Source: Candidatus Peregrinibacteria bacterium (lineage in GTDB: Bacteria; Patescibacteriota; Gracilibacteria; UBA1369). Taken from it: a stretch of 64,000 bases of DNA. Position numbers and translations under genes: made by a program. Where the stretch lies: NCBI GenBank assembly GCA_963708185.1, contig OY970195.1, positions 288,001-352,000 of the forward strand. Direction: 5' to 3'. Below, piece by piece: positions 1-9,063 of this stretch. Numbering within the stretch: the stretch's first letter is position 1; the number at the start of each line of letters is the position of its first letter. The notes below the pieces were generated by a model. It was not told the DNA's origin, made no database searches, and was given only the letters and a program-made list of their open reading frames with translations.

Positions 1-537
1 GACACTTCCGCCCCAACCCGGTGGGAGATCTGTAATACAGGTGATGTTGTTGAGATCTATATTTTGTGCAACGTCCGGGGCAAAGTCGATGGCGAATTTT
101 GCCACGTAAGATTTATAGAAATACTGCTGTCCGGAAGTTTCTTCATAGGAATCGTTGTAGTAGTAATGCTCATGTTTCCCAATAGGGACATAGTGGTTTT
201 GGGCTCCCGATTTGAGCGGAATGTCCCCGGTATCAGTGACCGGGTTGTGGTTATAGGACTGAGCGGTGTATGGCGTGGATCCGGGAATCGTCAGATGGTT
301 TTTACAGATGAAATCCGTAATGGTTCCACCCGGAAATTCCGCAGCTTTTCCGTTGATATACGGCGTTGCGCTTGAGCCGTAGAGTGCTGTTGCCGCCAGG
401 TCGAACGGGAAGATCGCCAAATCGCAAAGCTGTCGCGAAATAGGATTATACGCAGCCGAAGCCGTGAGCGGTGCCACCATGAACGAGGCGATAGTGGAGA
501 GGACAATGAGCCCGGTTGTTAAGTGTTTGTTTTTCAT
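1..537 (-). CDS. Secreted hypothetical protein, truncated at the window edge
   Basis: Not in the ORF track because it runs off the edge. ATG at 537; manual translation MKNKHLTTGLIVLSTIASFMVAPLTASA|AYNP... looks like a Sec signal peptide with an A-x-A site. The frame stays open to position 1. Confidence 0.8.
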   Translation of the reverse strand, partial: MKNKHLTTGLIVLSTIASFMVAPLTASAAYNPISRQLCDLAIFPFDLAATALYGSSATPYINGKAAEFPGGTITDFICKNHLTIPGSTPYTAQSYNHNPVTDTGDIPLKSGAQNHYVPIGKHEHYYYNDSYEETSGQQYFYKSYVAKFAIDFAPDVAQNIDLNNITCITDLPPGWGGSV

Positions 538-561
538 TTGGGTGGAGTTGTAAATTTTTAT

Positions 562-753
562 TTACGGGACGAGGTCCGGACTCACTGATGGTCCGGAGGA
601 AGCCTGGCTGGTGATGGTATTCGGAATGGTCCCTTGTTCACCGCCTCCCGGCTGTGGCTGGTTGGTCGGATTCTGTGACATCACGAGGATGACCGCGACG
701 ACGATGACGACGATAATTCCAATGATCCAAGCTGTGGTTTTGTTGTTTTTCAT
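562..753 (-). CDS. Small single-pass membrane protein (63 aa) with Q/P/S/T-rich tail
   Basis: Basic N-terminus followed by a hydrophobic helix (AWIIGIIVVIVVAVILVM); fills the gap between co-oriented genes. Confidence 0.75.
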   Translation of the reverse strand: MKNNKTTAWIIGIIVVIVVAVILVMSQNPTNQPQPGGGEQGTIPNTITSQASSGPSVSPDLVP

Positions 754-779
754 GGTTTAGTTTTTTAAAAGTGTTGCTT

Positions 780-3700
780 TTACGGTGCTTCGTCGGGATT
801 GCCAGATGGCGTGTTGTCTGGGTTCCCGCTGCCGGTATCCCCACCGATCTTTCCGGGGACTGTTCCGTGTTCGCCGCCGCCTGTTTTTTCGCCAGCATTG
901 ACAATGGATTTGCCGCCCGGTCCGCCGCCCGGTTTGTTTTCTTTCGGTGGGGGAGGTATTTTATGCGGTGGAGGAGGAGCCTCTTCGTGTCCCACTTCGA
1001 TGGTGACGACGCCGGCGAGGCCGAAGCTGACGAACTTGGCGGTCGTTTCCGGAGAAACGGTCGCGACGTTTTCTTTTCCTGCGGCCACGAGCATGCCTTC
1101 GCCCGGTTTGATGCGGGCAAAGATCTGGATGCCTTCGTTGACGCCGAACGATGCGTTCCCGCAGCGTGCGTGCGCTGCATCGGCGACTTTGGTGTCGAGT
1201 CTGAATTCAAATGAGTTGCCGTTCGGCGCGTTGTAAATAAAGGCATTGCCTCCGCTCAACTGAGTGTCGCGTATGCCTTTGAGGATTTTTTTGAACTCCT
1301 GGAATCCGGCGTTGTTCGGGTCGATGGTTTCACCGTTCAAAGCTTTCTGCATGCCCTCTACAGCCTGGTTAGCCATAGTATCTCCAAGGACGAACCACAT
1401 GCCGGGCATGGCGATGAGTTTTTTTGCGAGCGGTGATTCGGCCATTGTTTTGTCGTTGTTGCGGTCGAGAGGGCTTTCCATTTCCAGAATAACTTTTGCC
1501 AGGTCGCCTTCAACTCCCGATTTGCTCAGGTCTTCCTCATGAAGACCAAGTACGCCGTATTTGTCCTGGGTGATGTACCCCGGTACTCCGCGCAAACCTG
1601 TTCCTACGGCACCGGCGACCGAACTGAATAACCAGTTGGGGCCGAGCTGTTGTCCGGGTTTGCCAAGATCCTGATCCTGAACGTTAGAGAGTAATCTTTT
1701 GACCAGAAGGTCGGTGAGTTGTTCCGGCGTGCTGGTGATGTTGTAGCCCTGCGCCTGAAGTTCCGGGATTTTTTTGCGGAAGAAGGGCAGCAGGACGGCA
1801 TTTTTGGACCATTCAAGGTTCTGTTCAAAGCGGGCCCGTTTGTCGGGAGCTTTTTCAAGTTCTGTAAAGCTCAGATCCATGAGTTCCGACATCACGAAGT
1901 TCATCTGCAGGTCGTTGAGTTCCGTTCCAAGACCTTTCGGCGCTTTTTCCTTGGCATTGAGCTGGATAAGCGCAGCCAGGTTTTTGCGTTTGGTATTGAT
2001 GGTTTCTTCGGAATCGTTCGGGGTGACGGTGGTGTACTCCTTGTATTTCTGGAGATTGGTCCAGTTCTTGAGGAATTTTTTGCTGAAATCCTTGAGTTCC
2101 TTGACGTTTTCTGCGGTGAGATCCGGATCGGCTTCCTTGACGAAAGGAAGTCCGTTGATTTTTGCTTCGTAGGCTTTCCACTGGGCGTCGTTGAAGCCGG
2201 GAACGTTTTCGTGGAAGGTCTCCAGATTGGCTTTGTTCTGGTTGTAGTTCGCTTCGTACATCGTATTGCCGATTTGGGAGTTCGGAGCCTGGACAAGTTC
2301 CCACTGTTTACCGGATTTACGGTAGAGATAGGAACCGGACTGGCTGACTTCGTCACTGATAACGGAACGGGTTCTTTTCGGAGTGTCGGTAATCGTCACG
2401 ATGGTGTTCATCGGCGAACCTTTCTTCGGGAACGGTGTGTAAAAATCTTCACGGGTAATGAAGAGTTCTGGATTTGCTCCGGGAGCGAGGTAGACTTTGT
2501 TCCCCTTGAGGACGAGGCCGCGTTTTTCCATGCCGGGGTCCATAAGGATTTGCAAGTTGCCCAATGCTCCGAAGACCTGGAACTCCAGGAGTCCGGTTGC
2601 AGCATCGGGGACGAGCTTCATGTCGTACGGTTTGAGCGCTTCGTTATATTTTTCGAGGCTCGGCTGTTCTTTGAACGGAGCAAGATCGACCTGCGCGTTT
2701 CTTTTGCGGATGGCGATGTTGCCTTCGGCGTCAACCATGACGTCGCCGCTTTGGCCGGCCATGACTTCCTTGAATTGTACATTTGTACCGGGATTTTTCT
2801 TCTTGGCGTCGGCAACGATAGCTTCCTGGATCTGGGCTTCCGAGACTTTGTCCATGTCTTTGGAAGATTCCGATTGGCGTCGGTAGACGAGTGTGGTTTT
2901 GCTGACTGTAAAGGTAAGATAAGGCCCTACGAACGGTACCGGAACTCCGCCGACTTCGGCGAAACCTGCAACGATGCCTCCGCCGGAAATGAACGGAGCG
3001 GAGTTTTCTTTTGCAGCTTCTGTTCCGACGCTGGAGCGCCATGCCTGGTACAGGTCGAGGACGACTTTTTTCTGGGATTCAATGTCTGAAAATTGAGATG
3101 CCGCGGATCTGAAGTACGGACCGACCTTGGGGTTGTTGATGATCATCATGTACTTCTTGTCCGGATCTTTTTCGGCGTCGATCTCCTTGGTATCCACGCC
3201 TCCGATCTGGGTTTCGAGGTTTTTCTGGGCGGCTTCGAAGTTTTTACCGATTCCAATGCCTCCACCGACTCCGGCGACGAGGATTCCTGCGCTGCCTCCG
3301 GCAAACGCTTTCATGTCGAGACTGCTGGAGACCGGCCAGGTAAAGTCGATAGCTCCGCCGATGCTTGGGCCGGTAAGACCGACTCCGACACCTCCGGATA
3401 CACCGATTTCAGTTCTCTTGGCTTCGTCGAGTTTCCATCCTTTGCGGATGGCGACTCCGAGCATGGGGTTGGGGTGCGGACCAATCTGGTCGACGCCCAC
3501 TCCGACCATCAACGTGAATCCTTGGCCGAGGTCGATGCCTGTTCCAAGACCAACTCCGAATGCCTGATTGAGAGGTTTGGTGGTGTCGATCTTCAGGCCG
3601 ATTCCTCCGAGGAAAATGCTCTCGATTTTTTTGGCGTCTCCGGCCGGATAGCCTTTGGCGATGGCGTCTTCCTGGATCTTGCGGATCATCGGGTTCATCG

Positions 3701-6700
3701 AAAGCTGGGGGCCGGCTTCTTTTGATTCGGTGAGACCTTTTTCTTCATCGCGGGAATCAAAGTAGTAGCCCATGCGGATGAGGTCCTTGCGGTCCTGGAT
3801 TCTTTGTTTGTAAGCTTCGGGAGAATCTTTTTCCAGCTGCAGGTCTCCAAAGTTATTGATTTTGAGGTTTTGAAATGCGCTTTCGACGGACTGGGTCAGC
3901 ATCGGGGCGACGCGTGTCGCGTAGGCCTCGTCGGTTTCTCCGGAATTTTTTGCCGGAAGATTGACTTTGGTGGATTCGGAAGCGTATCTGTTGATGAACT
4001 CAGCTGCCGCGGTGGGGTTGTTCTTCCAGGCAATCAAACGCAGGAGCGCTTTGTGCATCAAACGGTTGAGTTCCTGGCAGGTGTCTTTTTCATTCATGCG
4101 TTCAACGCCGTCGAGTTCGCCTTTTTCGTTGGTGTATTTGTTGAGGCGGCTTCGTTCGCGCAGGACCGGGGCGTTTTCGTCGAAATATTTACCGAACGCC
4201 GTCGTGTCGGATTCGTCTTGGGACGTCCCGGCCACGACATCTTCCCAGGCAAAGGAGCGGCCGTTGGGATGGTCTTTTCTCCATGCGTCCTTGTCGCTGT
4301 CGTGGAAAACGTCGGCGAGGACTGCCGCGCATTTTCCGGTTTCCGGAGTCATTTTTTCCGGGGTGGCTGTCGCGGCTTCCTTGAACTGTTTCATCTGGAG
4401 CTGGCCGAGCGCCTGGAGGAGCATGCCACCTTCTTCAAGAACATAATTGAGGTATCCCATACGTACGGACGCCAGCCGGTATTTGTCCCATTGCTGGTAG
4501 TCCGGATCATTTTTGACTTCGTCGAGGGCTTTGACGGCCGCGACGTACTGTTTGGCCTGGTCTTTGGTCACCAGGCTGTACGGTTCCAGACCCTGCGCTT
4601 CGGCAAGTCGCATTTTTTCCTGGACCACTTTGACGATTTCAGTCTGTTTCAAGATGCCTGAACCTTTTTTGGCTTCAAAGGCCTGCATGCCCTTTTCGTT
4701 CTCTTTCATGATTTTGGTGTTTTCTTCGACTTCATCTTTATAATCACCAAGTTTTCCCGGTTCTCCGTCCTTTTTTATATAGATCTTGAAGGAATCGAGG
4801 ACATCTTCAAAATCCACGCGATCGTTTTTTCCTTCCTGGATGAGATCGAGGATTTTTTCGCGGGCGTTTTGTTCGGTAATGCCGGCTTCAACGAAGATCG
4901 GATGTTTGAGAACGGAAATGAGGTTGTCGAGTCCGGCAATTTCGGTGCTGCCTTCACCGTTCCACGCTTTTTTCCAAAGTTCGTCGTCGTTGACGGCATC
5001 AAGCATGCTTTTTCTTAAAATGACCTGGTTTTCCAGATACTGGTGCATGCTGCCGCGGAAAGCTTTTTCCGTGGCTTCGCGGTTTTTGCGGAATTTTTCG
5101 GCGTACTGATCGGCTTTGCTGGTGTAGCGTTCCTCGGCAAGCGCTTCCGCCGTCGGGATGCCGGCTTCGGTCGGGTTCGGGATGACGAGATAGAGTTCGT
5201 TTCCGGTCTGATATTTCTTCAAAAGTGCGGCGTAAGCGTCGAGTTTTTCCTGGCTCGAGAATTTGGAACCTTCAAAAGCTTTCTTGATCGCCGGAAGGAA
5301 CATGGCCTCCTGTGCAATCGACTGGTAGGTTTCACCTTCCTTGATGGTTCTCTTTTCAACATAGGAGCGTTTTTCTTGGTCGGCGAGAGATTCGCCGGTT
5401 CCTTCTTTCTCCCATGCCGGGAGGATAACGTCGCCGTCCCAGATTTCAACGCGCTGGCCGTTTTTGTAAAAGAAGGTCCCTTTGTGTTTTTCCATTTTTC
5501 CTTTGATCCATCGTACGTACTCTTTATCGGGATTGTAAAAAGCTTCCATGCTTTTTCCGCCGGAAGCGTGTTTGATGCGGATCTTGTCTCCTTCTTTGGC
5601 GTTGGGGAAAAGATCGCTGATGGTAATGAGTTTTTCGGCCTGTTTATCTCCGTTGAAGTGCACTTTGCCCGTTTCACGGTCGTAGTATTTCGCGACCATG
5701 GCTTCATCAGCGCGTTCTTCGGTCGGAGCTTTGAAAGCGACCTCTTCCGCCTTTTTCTCAGTTGCGGCGGACATGACGGTTTCTTTTCTGACCCATCCTA
5801 CGTCTTTGGAGCCGTTTTTTTCAAAAGTAGCGTAGACATATTCTTCATCGCCGACCATGCGAACGCGTTCGCTGGCAACCGTGATCCGGTCGCCTTTTTC
5901 GATCATGCGGAGCATTGTTCCCGCGAGTTTCCCTTTTCCGCTATAAAGGACGGTGTTGCTCAATACCGGGTATGTTCCTTTATTCACTTTTTCAGCGGTA
6001 TATTCTTCCTTGGTCCAGGCGTTTTCCGTTTTTAACACTTCGTCGTGGTTTTGGGCGTTCCTGAGTTTTCCGACCTCAACCCATCCGTTAAATTCGCTTT
6101 TTCCTCCGACGTATTGGTCGGCCGACATTTTAACGTAAACGAATTTTCCCATGACGCCGTTTTTCTTCGGAGCTTCAACCACGAATCCCTGCATGACTTC
6201 AGCAGGAACGTATGCCCCGCCTCTCAAATTGTCCGGCTGGAGGAATCTCCCCTGGCCCGCATCATTATAATAGTCGGGGTCCTGGATTGTCCCCATATAG
6301 CTGCTCAGATAGAGCGCACCTTTTTGTCCCGTGCCGATGGTTTCGGTCGGGCTGATACGGATCTGGTCAGGTTTGGCCTGGGGAAAAGCTTTCTTGAAAT
6401 ATTCGAGCGCCGCTTTCTGTTCGGGAGTCATCTCCGCTTTTTCTTTTTTTTCCGGAGCTACGACCGGCGCGGCCGGCTGGCCCTCCTTTTTTTCAGGGGG
6501 CTGTCCGGGAACTTCCGGTGTGGTGATGCGGGTGGCCGGTGTCGGAAGTTTGATTTCATTTTGCGCTTCGAACTTGTCGTTTTTGTAAAATTTCAGCTGA
6601 CCTTCTTCAAGACGGACGTATTTGCAGTCCGCTTCGGAAAGTTTTGAAGCATTCTGGGCGCGTGCCGCTCCGTCTCCGAAAGCGTTATCAAGCGTGTTTT

Positions 6701-6974
6701 TGGCGAATTCCTGTTTGGCGGGATTATCCGGGTAAAGTTTTTTGGCGAGTTTGTCGAAATTATCGCTCGGACCTTTTCCTGTATCCCATTCGGAAGATTC
6801 AGTTCGTTTGAGCAGGTCGCTGAGAACTTCGTTCCTTTGCTGCGGTGTCAGTTTTTCCTTGGATTCCGGAGCTGCGGCCGGTTTTTCCGGTCCTGCATAG
6901 GCCCATCGTTTCCCGCGGAAGCTCACGTCAACCTGGTGGTTGAGGAACAGTAATGTGCGTTTTTCGTTGAACAT
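780..6974 (-). CDS. Giant hypothetical protein (2064 aa) with SH3b-like and LysM-like modules and Gly-rich hydrophobic segments
   Basis: 6.2-kb uninterrupted ORF. GWV motifs (FNGWVEVGKL, DVGWVRKETV), a LysM-like TIKEGETYQSIA...LVIP, alternating Gly/hydrophobic strands and a Pro/Gly C-terminal tail. No Sec signal. Confidence 0.9.
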   Translation of the reverse strand: MFNEKRTLLFLNHQVDVSFRGKRWAYAGPEKPAAAPESKEKLTPQQRNEVLSDLLKRTESSEWDTGKGPSDNFDKLAKKLYPDNPAKQEFAKNTLDNAFGDGAARAQNASKLSEADCKYVRLEEGQLKFYKNDKFEAQNEIKLPTPATRITTPEVPGQPPEKKEGQPAAPVVAPEKKEKAEMTPEQKAALEYFKKAFPQAKPDQIRISPTETIGTGQKGALYLSSYMGTIQDPDYYNDAGQGRFLQPDNLRGGAYVPAEVMQGFVVEAPKKNGVMGKFVYVKMSADQYVGGKSEFNGWVEVGKLRNAQNHDEVLKTENAWTKEEYTAEKVNKGTYPVLSNTVLYSGKGKLAGTMLRMIEKGDRITVASERVRMVGDEEYVYATFEKNGSKDVGWVRKETVMSAATEKKAEEVAFKAPTEERADEAMVAKYYDRETGKVHFNGDKQAEKLITISDLFPNAKEGDKIRIKHASGGKSMEAFYNPDKEYVRWIKGKMEKHKGTFFYKNGQRVEIWDGDVILPAWEKEGTGESLADQEKRSYVEKRTIKEGETYQSIAQEAMFLPAIKKAFEGSKFSSQEKLDAYAALLKKYQTGNELYLVIPNPTEAGIPTAEALAEERYTSKADQYAEKFRKNREATEKAFRGSMHQYLENQVILRKSMLDAVNDDELWKKAWNGEGSTEIAGLDNLISVLKHPIFVEAGITEQNAREKILDLIQEGKNDRVDFEDVLDSFKIYIKKDGEPGKLGDYKDEVEENTKIMKENEKGMQAFEAKKGSGILKQTEIVKVVQEKMRLAEAQGLEPYSLVTKDQAKQYVAAVKALDEVKNDPDYQQWDKYRLASVRMGYLNYVLEEGGMLLQALGQLQMKQFKEAATATPEKMTPETGKCAAVLADVFHDSDKDAWRKDHPNGRSFAWEDVVAGTSQDESDTTAFGKYFDENAPVLRERSRLNKYTNEKGELDGVERMNEKDTCQELNRLMHKALLRLIAWKNNPTAAAEFINRYASESTKVNLPAKNSGETDEAYATRVAPMLTQSVESAFQNLKINNFGDLQLEKDSPEAYKQRIQDRKDLIRMGYYFDSRDEEKGLTESKEAGPQLSMNPMIRKIQEDAIAKGYPAGDAKKIESIFLGGIGLKIDTTKPLNQAFGVGLGTGIDLGQGFTLMVGVGVDQIGPHPNPMLGVAIRKGWKLDEAKRTEIGVSGGVGVGLTGPSIGGAIDFTWPVSSSLDMKAFAGGSAGILVAGVGGGIGIGKNFEAAQKNLETQIGGVDTKEIDAEKDPDKKYMMIINNPKVGPYFRSAASQFSDIESQKKVVLDLYQAWRSSVGTEAAKENSAPFISGGGIVAGFAEVGGVPVPFVGPYLTFTVSKTTLVYRRQSESSKDMDKVSEAQIQEAIVADAKKKNPGTNVQFKEVMAGQSGDVMVDAEGNIAIRKRNAQVDLAPFKEQPSLEKYNEALKPYDMKLVPDAATGLLEFQVFGALGNLQILMDPGMEKRGLVLKGNKVYLAPGANPELFITREDFYTPFPKKGSPMNTIVTITDTPKRTRSVISDEVSQSGSYLYRKSGKQWELVQAPNSQIGNTMYEANYNQNKANLETFHENVPGFNDAQWKAYEAKINGLPFVKEADPDLTAENVKELKDFSKKFLKNWTNLQKYKEYTTVTPNDSEETINTKRKNLAALIQLNAKEKAPKGLGTELNDLQMNFVMSELMDLSFTELEKAPDKRARFEQNLEWSKNAVLLPFFRKKIPELQAQGYNITSTPEQLTDLLVKRLLSNVQDQDLGKPGQQLGPNWLFSSVAGAVGTGLRGVPGYITQDKYGVLGLHEEDLSKSGVEGDLAKVILEMESPLDRNNDKTMAESPLAKKLIAMPGMWFVLGDTMANQAVEGMQKALNGETIDPNNAGFQEFKKILKGIRDTQLSGGNAFIYNAPNGNSFEFRLDTKVADAAHARCGNASFGVNEGIQIFARIKPGEGMLVAAGKENVATVSPETTAKFVSFGLAGVVTIEVGHEEAPPPPHKIPPPPKENKPGGGPGGKSIVNAGEKTGGGEHGTVPGKIGGDTGSGNPDNTPSGNPDEAP

Positions 6975-6983
6975 AGACGTTTC

Positions 6984-7538
6984 TTAGGAAATTTTATTAG
7001 GCGGGACATCGGGGAGCTCTCCTTTGAGAGCCTGGAGCGCTTGCATCGTCTGGTTCATCATTTCCTGTCTGCGCAGAAGGTATTCGTGGGTAACGGTACC
7101 TTCGCGGTCGATTTTCATTTCAAGAGGTTTGTAAAGTTCGGAAAGCATGATTTCATTGGAGCCTTTCGGTCCGGCAAAGAAGCGGAGGTCACCGTTGATG
7201 ATGGCGATAGTTTTGCAGTTTTTGCTTTGAAGGAACGCCCAGGCGTCTTCCACCGTTTTTCCCTCGGCCAGGTTGCTCTGGAGATTCTGTTTGATGCTTT
7301 CAGCGTTGAGCAGATTGTTTTTTTCCTGGGCCTTTTTGCCGAGATCGTTCAAGGCGAGGTTGAGGTCAGGATTAAAATTCGATTCAACGTTGAGATTGGT
7401 GTTGAATTTCTTCTCGATACGTTCCGCCAGGCTTCCGGGAGCCGGCGGTTGGGCCGAAGGTTTTTCCATTTTCTGGAAAACAAATTTTGCCTTCGTGAAG
7501 CTTGTTTCTTTGTTTTTGAGATACAGCAGGTTGTGCAT
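6984..7538 (-). CDS. Hypothetical protein (184 aa), partial paralog of the giant protein's N-terminus
   Basis: 9-nt gap to the giant gene; shares the motif CK-x-h-x-h-x2-G-x-L-[RK]-F-[FY]...NEI-x-L with it. Confidence 0.8.
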   Translation of the reverse strand: MHNLLYLKNKETSFTKAKFVFQKMEKPSAQPPAPGSLAERIEKKFNTNLNVESNFNPDLNLALNDLGKKAQEKNNLLNAESIKQNLQSNLAEGKTVEDAWAFLQSKNCKTIAIINGDLRFFAGPKGSNEIMLSELYKPLEMKIDREGTVTHEYLLRRQEMMNQTMQALQALKGELPDVPPNKIS

Positions 7539-7592
7539 AATTTTTGGGGTTTGTTTGTGTTTTTGAGTTTTTTGGTTTTAGTTAATCATAAA

Positions 7593-7621
7593 ATTATAGC
7601 AAAAAACGCTAAAACTTGCAA
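7593..7621 (-). promoter_or_regulatory. Sigma70-type promoter for the 184-aa/giant-protein operon
   Basis: Minus strand TTGCAA-17 nt-TATAAT with a TGn extension. Confidence 0.7.
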
Positions 7622-7669
7622 CGGTTTCGTGCCTTCGGTTAAAGTGGGGGTACCTTCAATTTTTACGTT

Positions 7670-8380
7670 ATGGAAAAACCGATCATTATCGTCAATTTTA
7701 AAGCCTATGAAAATGCCCATGGACAAAGGGCTCTTGAACTCGCCAGAATTCATGAGAAGGTCGCCAAAAAGACCGGGGTGGCTTTTGCAATCGCCGTCCA
7801 GCCGACCGACCTGCGCATGATCGCCGCCGAAGTGGATATTCCGGTACTGGCCCAGCATTTTGATCCCGTTGAGTTCGGGGCTTACACCGGCAATCTGTCA
7901 CTGCATGTTCTCAAGGAAGCGGGTGCTGTCGGGTCACTTTTGAACCATGCGGAACGCAAGCTTCCGCTGGACGTCATCGAAAAATCCGTTGAACTGGCAA
8001 GGAATAACGGTTTTTTTACTGTTCTCTGCGCCGACACCCCCTACGCCGGTAAAGCTCTTTCGGAGTTCGATCCGGATCTTATCGCCGTGGAACCTCCGGA
8101 ATTGATCGGCGGGTGTGTTTCCGTGGCGACGGCCAATCCGCAGCTGATTTCCGATGTTGTGGACATGGTGGGGAAGGGGAAAGTTCTCGTCGGTGCGGGC
8201 ATCAAGACCAAACAGGACGTGCACCGTTCTCTGGAACTCGGGGCAAGCGGCGTTCTTCTTGCTTCCGGTGTGACCAAATCATTGATGCCTGAAGAAGTAT
8301 TGATGGATCTCGCCCAGGGCGTCCTGGAGTTCAAGATGCACAAGAAAGATTCCCATGATTACGTGGAAAATTGCGATTAG
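7670..8380 (+). CDS. tpiA: Triosephosphate isomerase, short archaeal-type
   Basis: IIVNFKAY, LLNHAE, AVEPPELIG, VGAGI and GVLLASG motifs. Confidence 0.95.
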   Translation: MEKPIIIVNFKAYENAHGQRALELARIHEKVAKKTGVAFAIAVQPTDLRMIAAEVDIPVLAQHFDPVEFGAYTGNLSLHVLKEAGAVGSLLNHAERKLPLDVIEKSVELARNNGFFTVLCADTPYAGKALSEFDPDLIAVEPPELIGGCVSVATANPQLISDVVDMVGKGKVLVGAGIKTKQDVHRSLELGASGVLLASGVTKSLMPEEVLMDLAQGVLEFKMHKKDSHDYVENCD

Positions 8381-8390
8381 TTCCCGCTCA

Positions 8391-8419
8391 TTGTTTTAGC
8401 CAGACAAACGTTCTATAAT
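8391..8419 (+). promoter_or_regulatory. Sigma70-type promoter for hpf
   Basis: TTGTTT-17 nt-TATAAT. Confidence 0.55.
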
Positions 8420-8449
8420 AATTTTGATTTATTTCTTTAAAAGGTTTTT

Positions 8450-9022
8450 ATGCAGGTTTCGATCATTCAAAAACATATCAATTTGAGCGACAGCCAGAAG
8501 GACTACATCCAGGAAAAAATTGAACATCTCAAACACTTGGGGCAGCGCGTCGACGACGAGTCGACCCAGGTCCGCGTCGATATTGAACATAACAACGAGA
8601 AAACCACCAACAAGAACATTTCGCTGCAGGTCACGATGTTTGTTCCGCATGCCGTGGTACGCGCAGAGGTCCTCGGTATTTCACCGGAGGAAGCCATAGA
8701 TCTCGCGGTGGAGAAACTGAAAAAACAGATCGAACGATACAAGAACAAGCAGCATCGCCGCGACCAGTCCGGCAAATGGATCCCTTCCTCGACACTCGAA
8801 GAAATCTCATCGACGCAGGAGGCGACGGCACCTGTTCCAAAAATCACCAAACGTAAAAGTTTTTCCGACATCAAACCCATGCACGAGGAAGAGGCCGTGG
8901 AGCAGATGGAATTGCTCGGGCATGATTTTTTTGCCTTTCTCAACGAGGAAAACGGGAAATTTGGAGTTGTCTACAAACGTGAAGACGGTACCTACGGACT
9001 CCTTGAACTGGAGAATAAGTAA
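8450..9022 (+). CDS. hpf: Ribosome hibernation promoting factor, long form (HPF/RaiA)
   Basis: AIDLAVEKLKKQI and C-terminal KPM..EEAVEQMELLGHDFF..VVYKREDGTYGLLE. Confidence 0.95.
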   Translation: MQVSIIQKHINLSDSQKDYIQEKIEHLKHLGQRVDDESTQVRVDIEHNNEKTTNKNISLQVTMFVPHAVVRAEVLGISPEEAIDLAVEKLKKQIERYKNKQHRRDQSGKWIPSSTLEEISSTQEATAPVPKITKRKSFSDIKPMHEEEAVEQMELLGHDFFAFLNEENGKFGVVYKREDGTYGLLELENK

Positions 9023-9063
9023 AAATGTGAAAATTGTATTTTGAACATTTTTTAGCTTTTCGT

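Noticed and set aside
771-7820. Many long plus-strand ORFs (e.g. 1719-3089, 5043-6035) opposite the giant gene, and similar ones throughout the window
   Set aside because: These are F/V/L-rich antisense shadows caused by codon bias and show no protein motifs.
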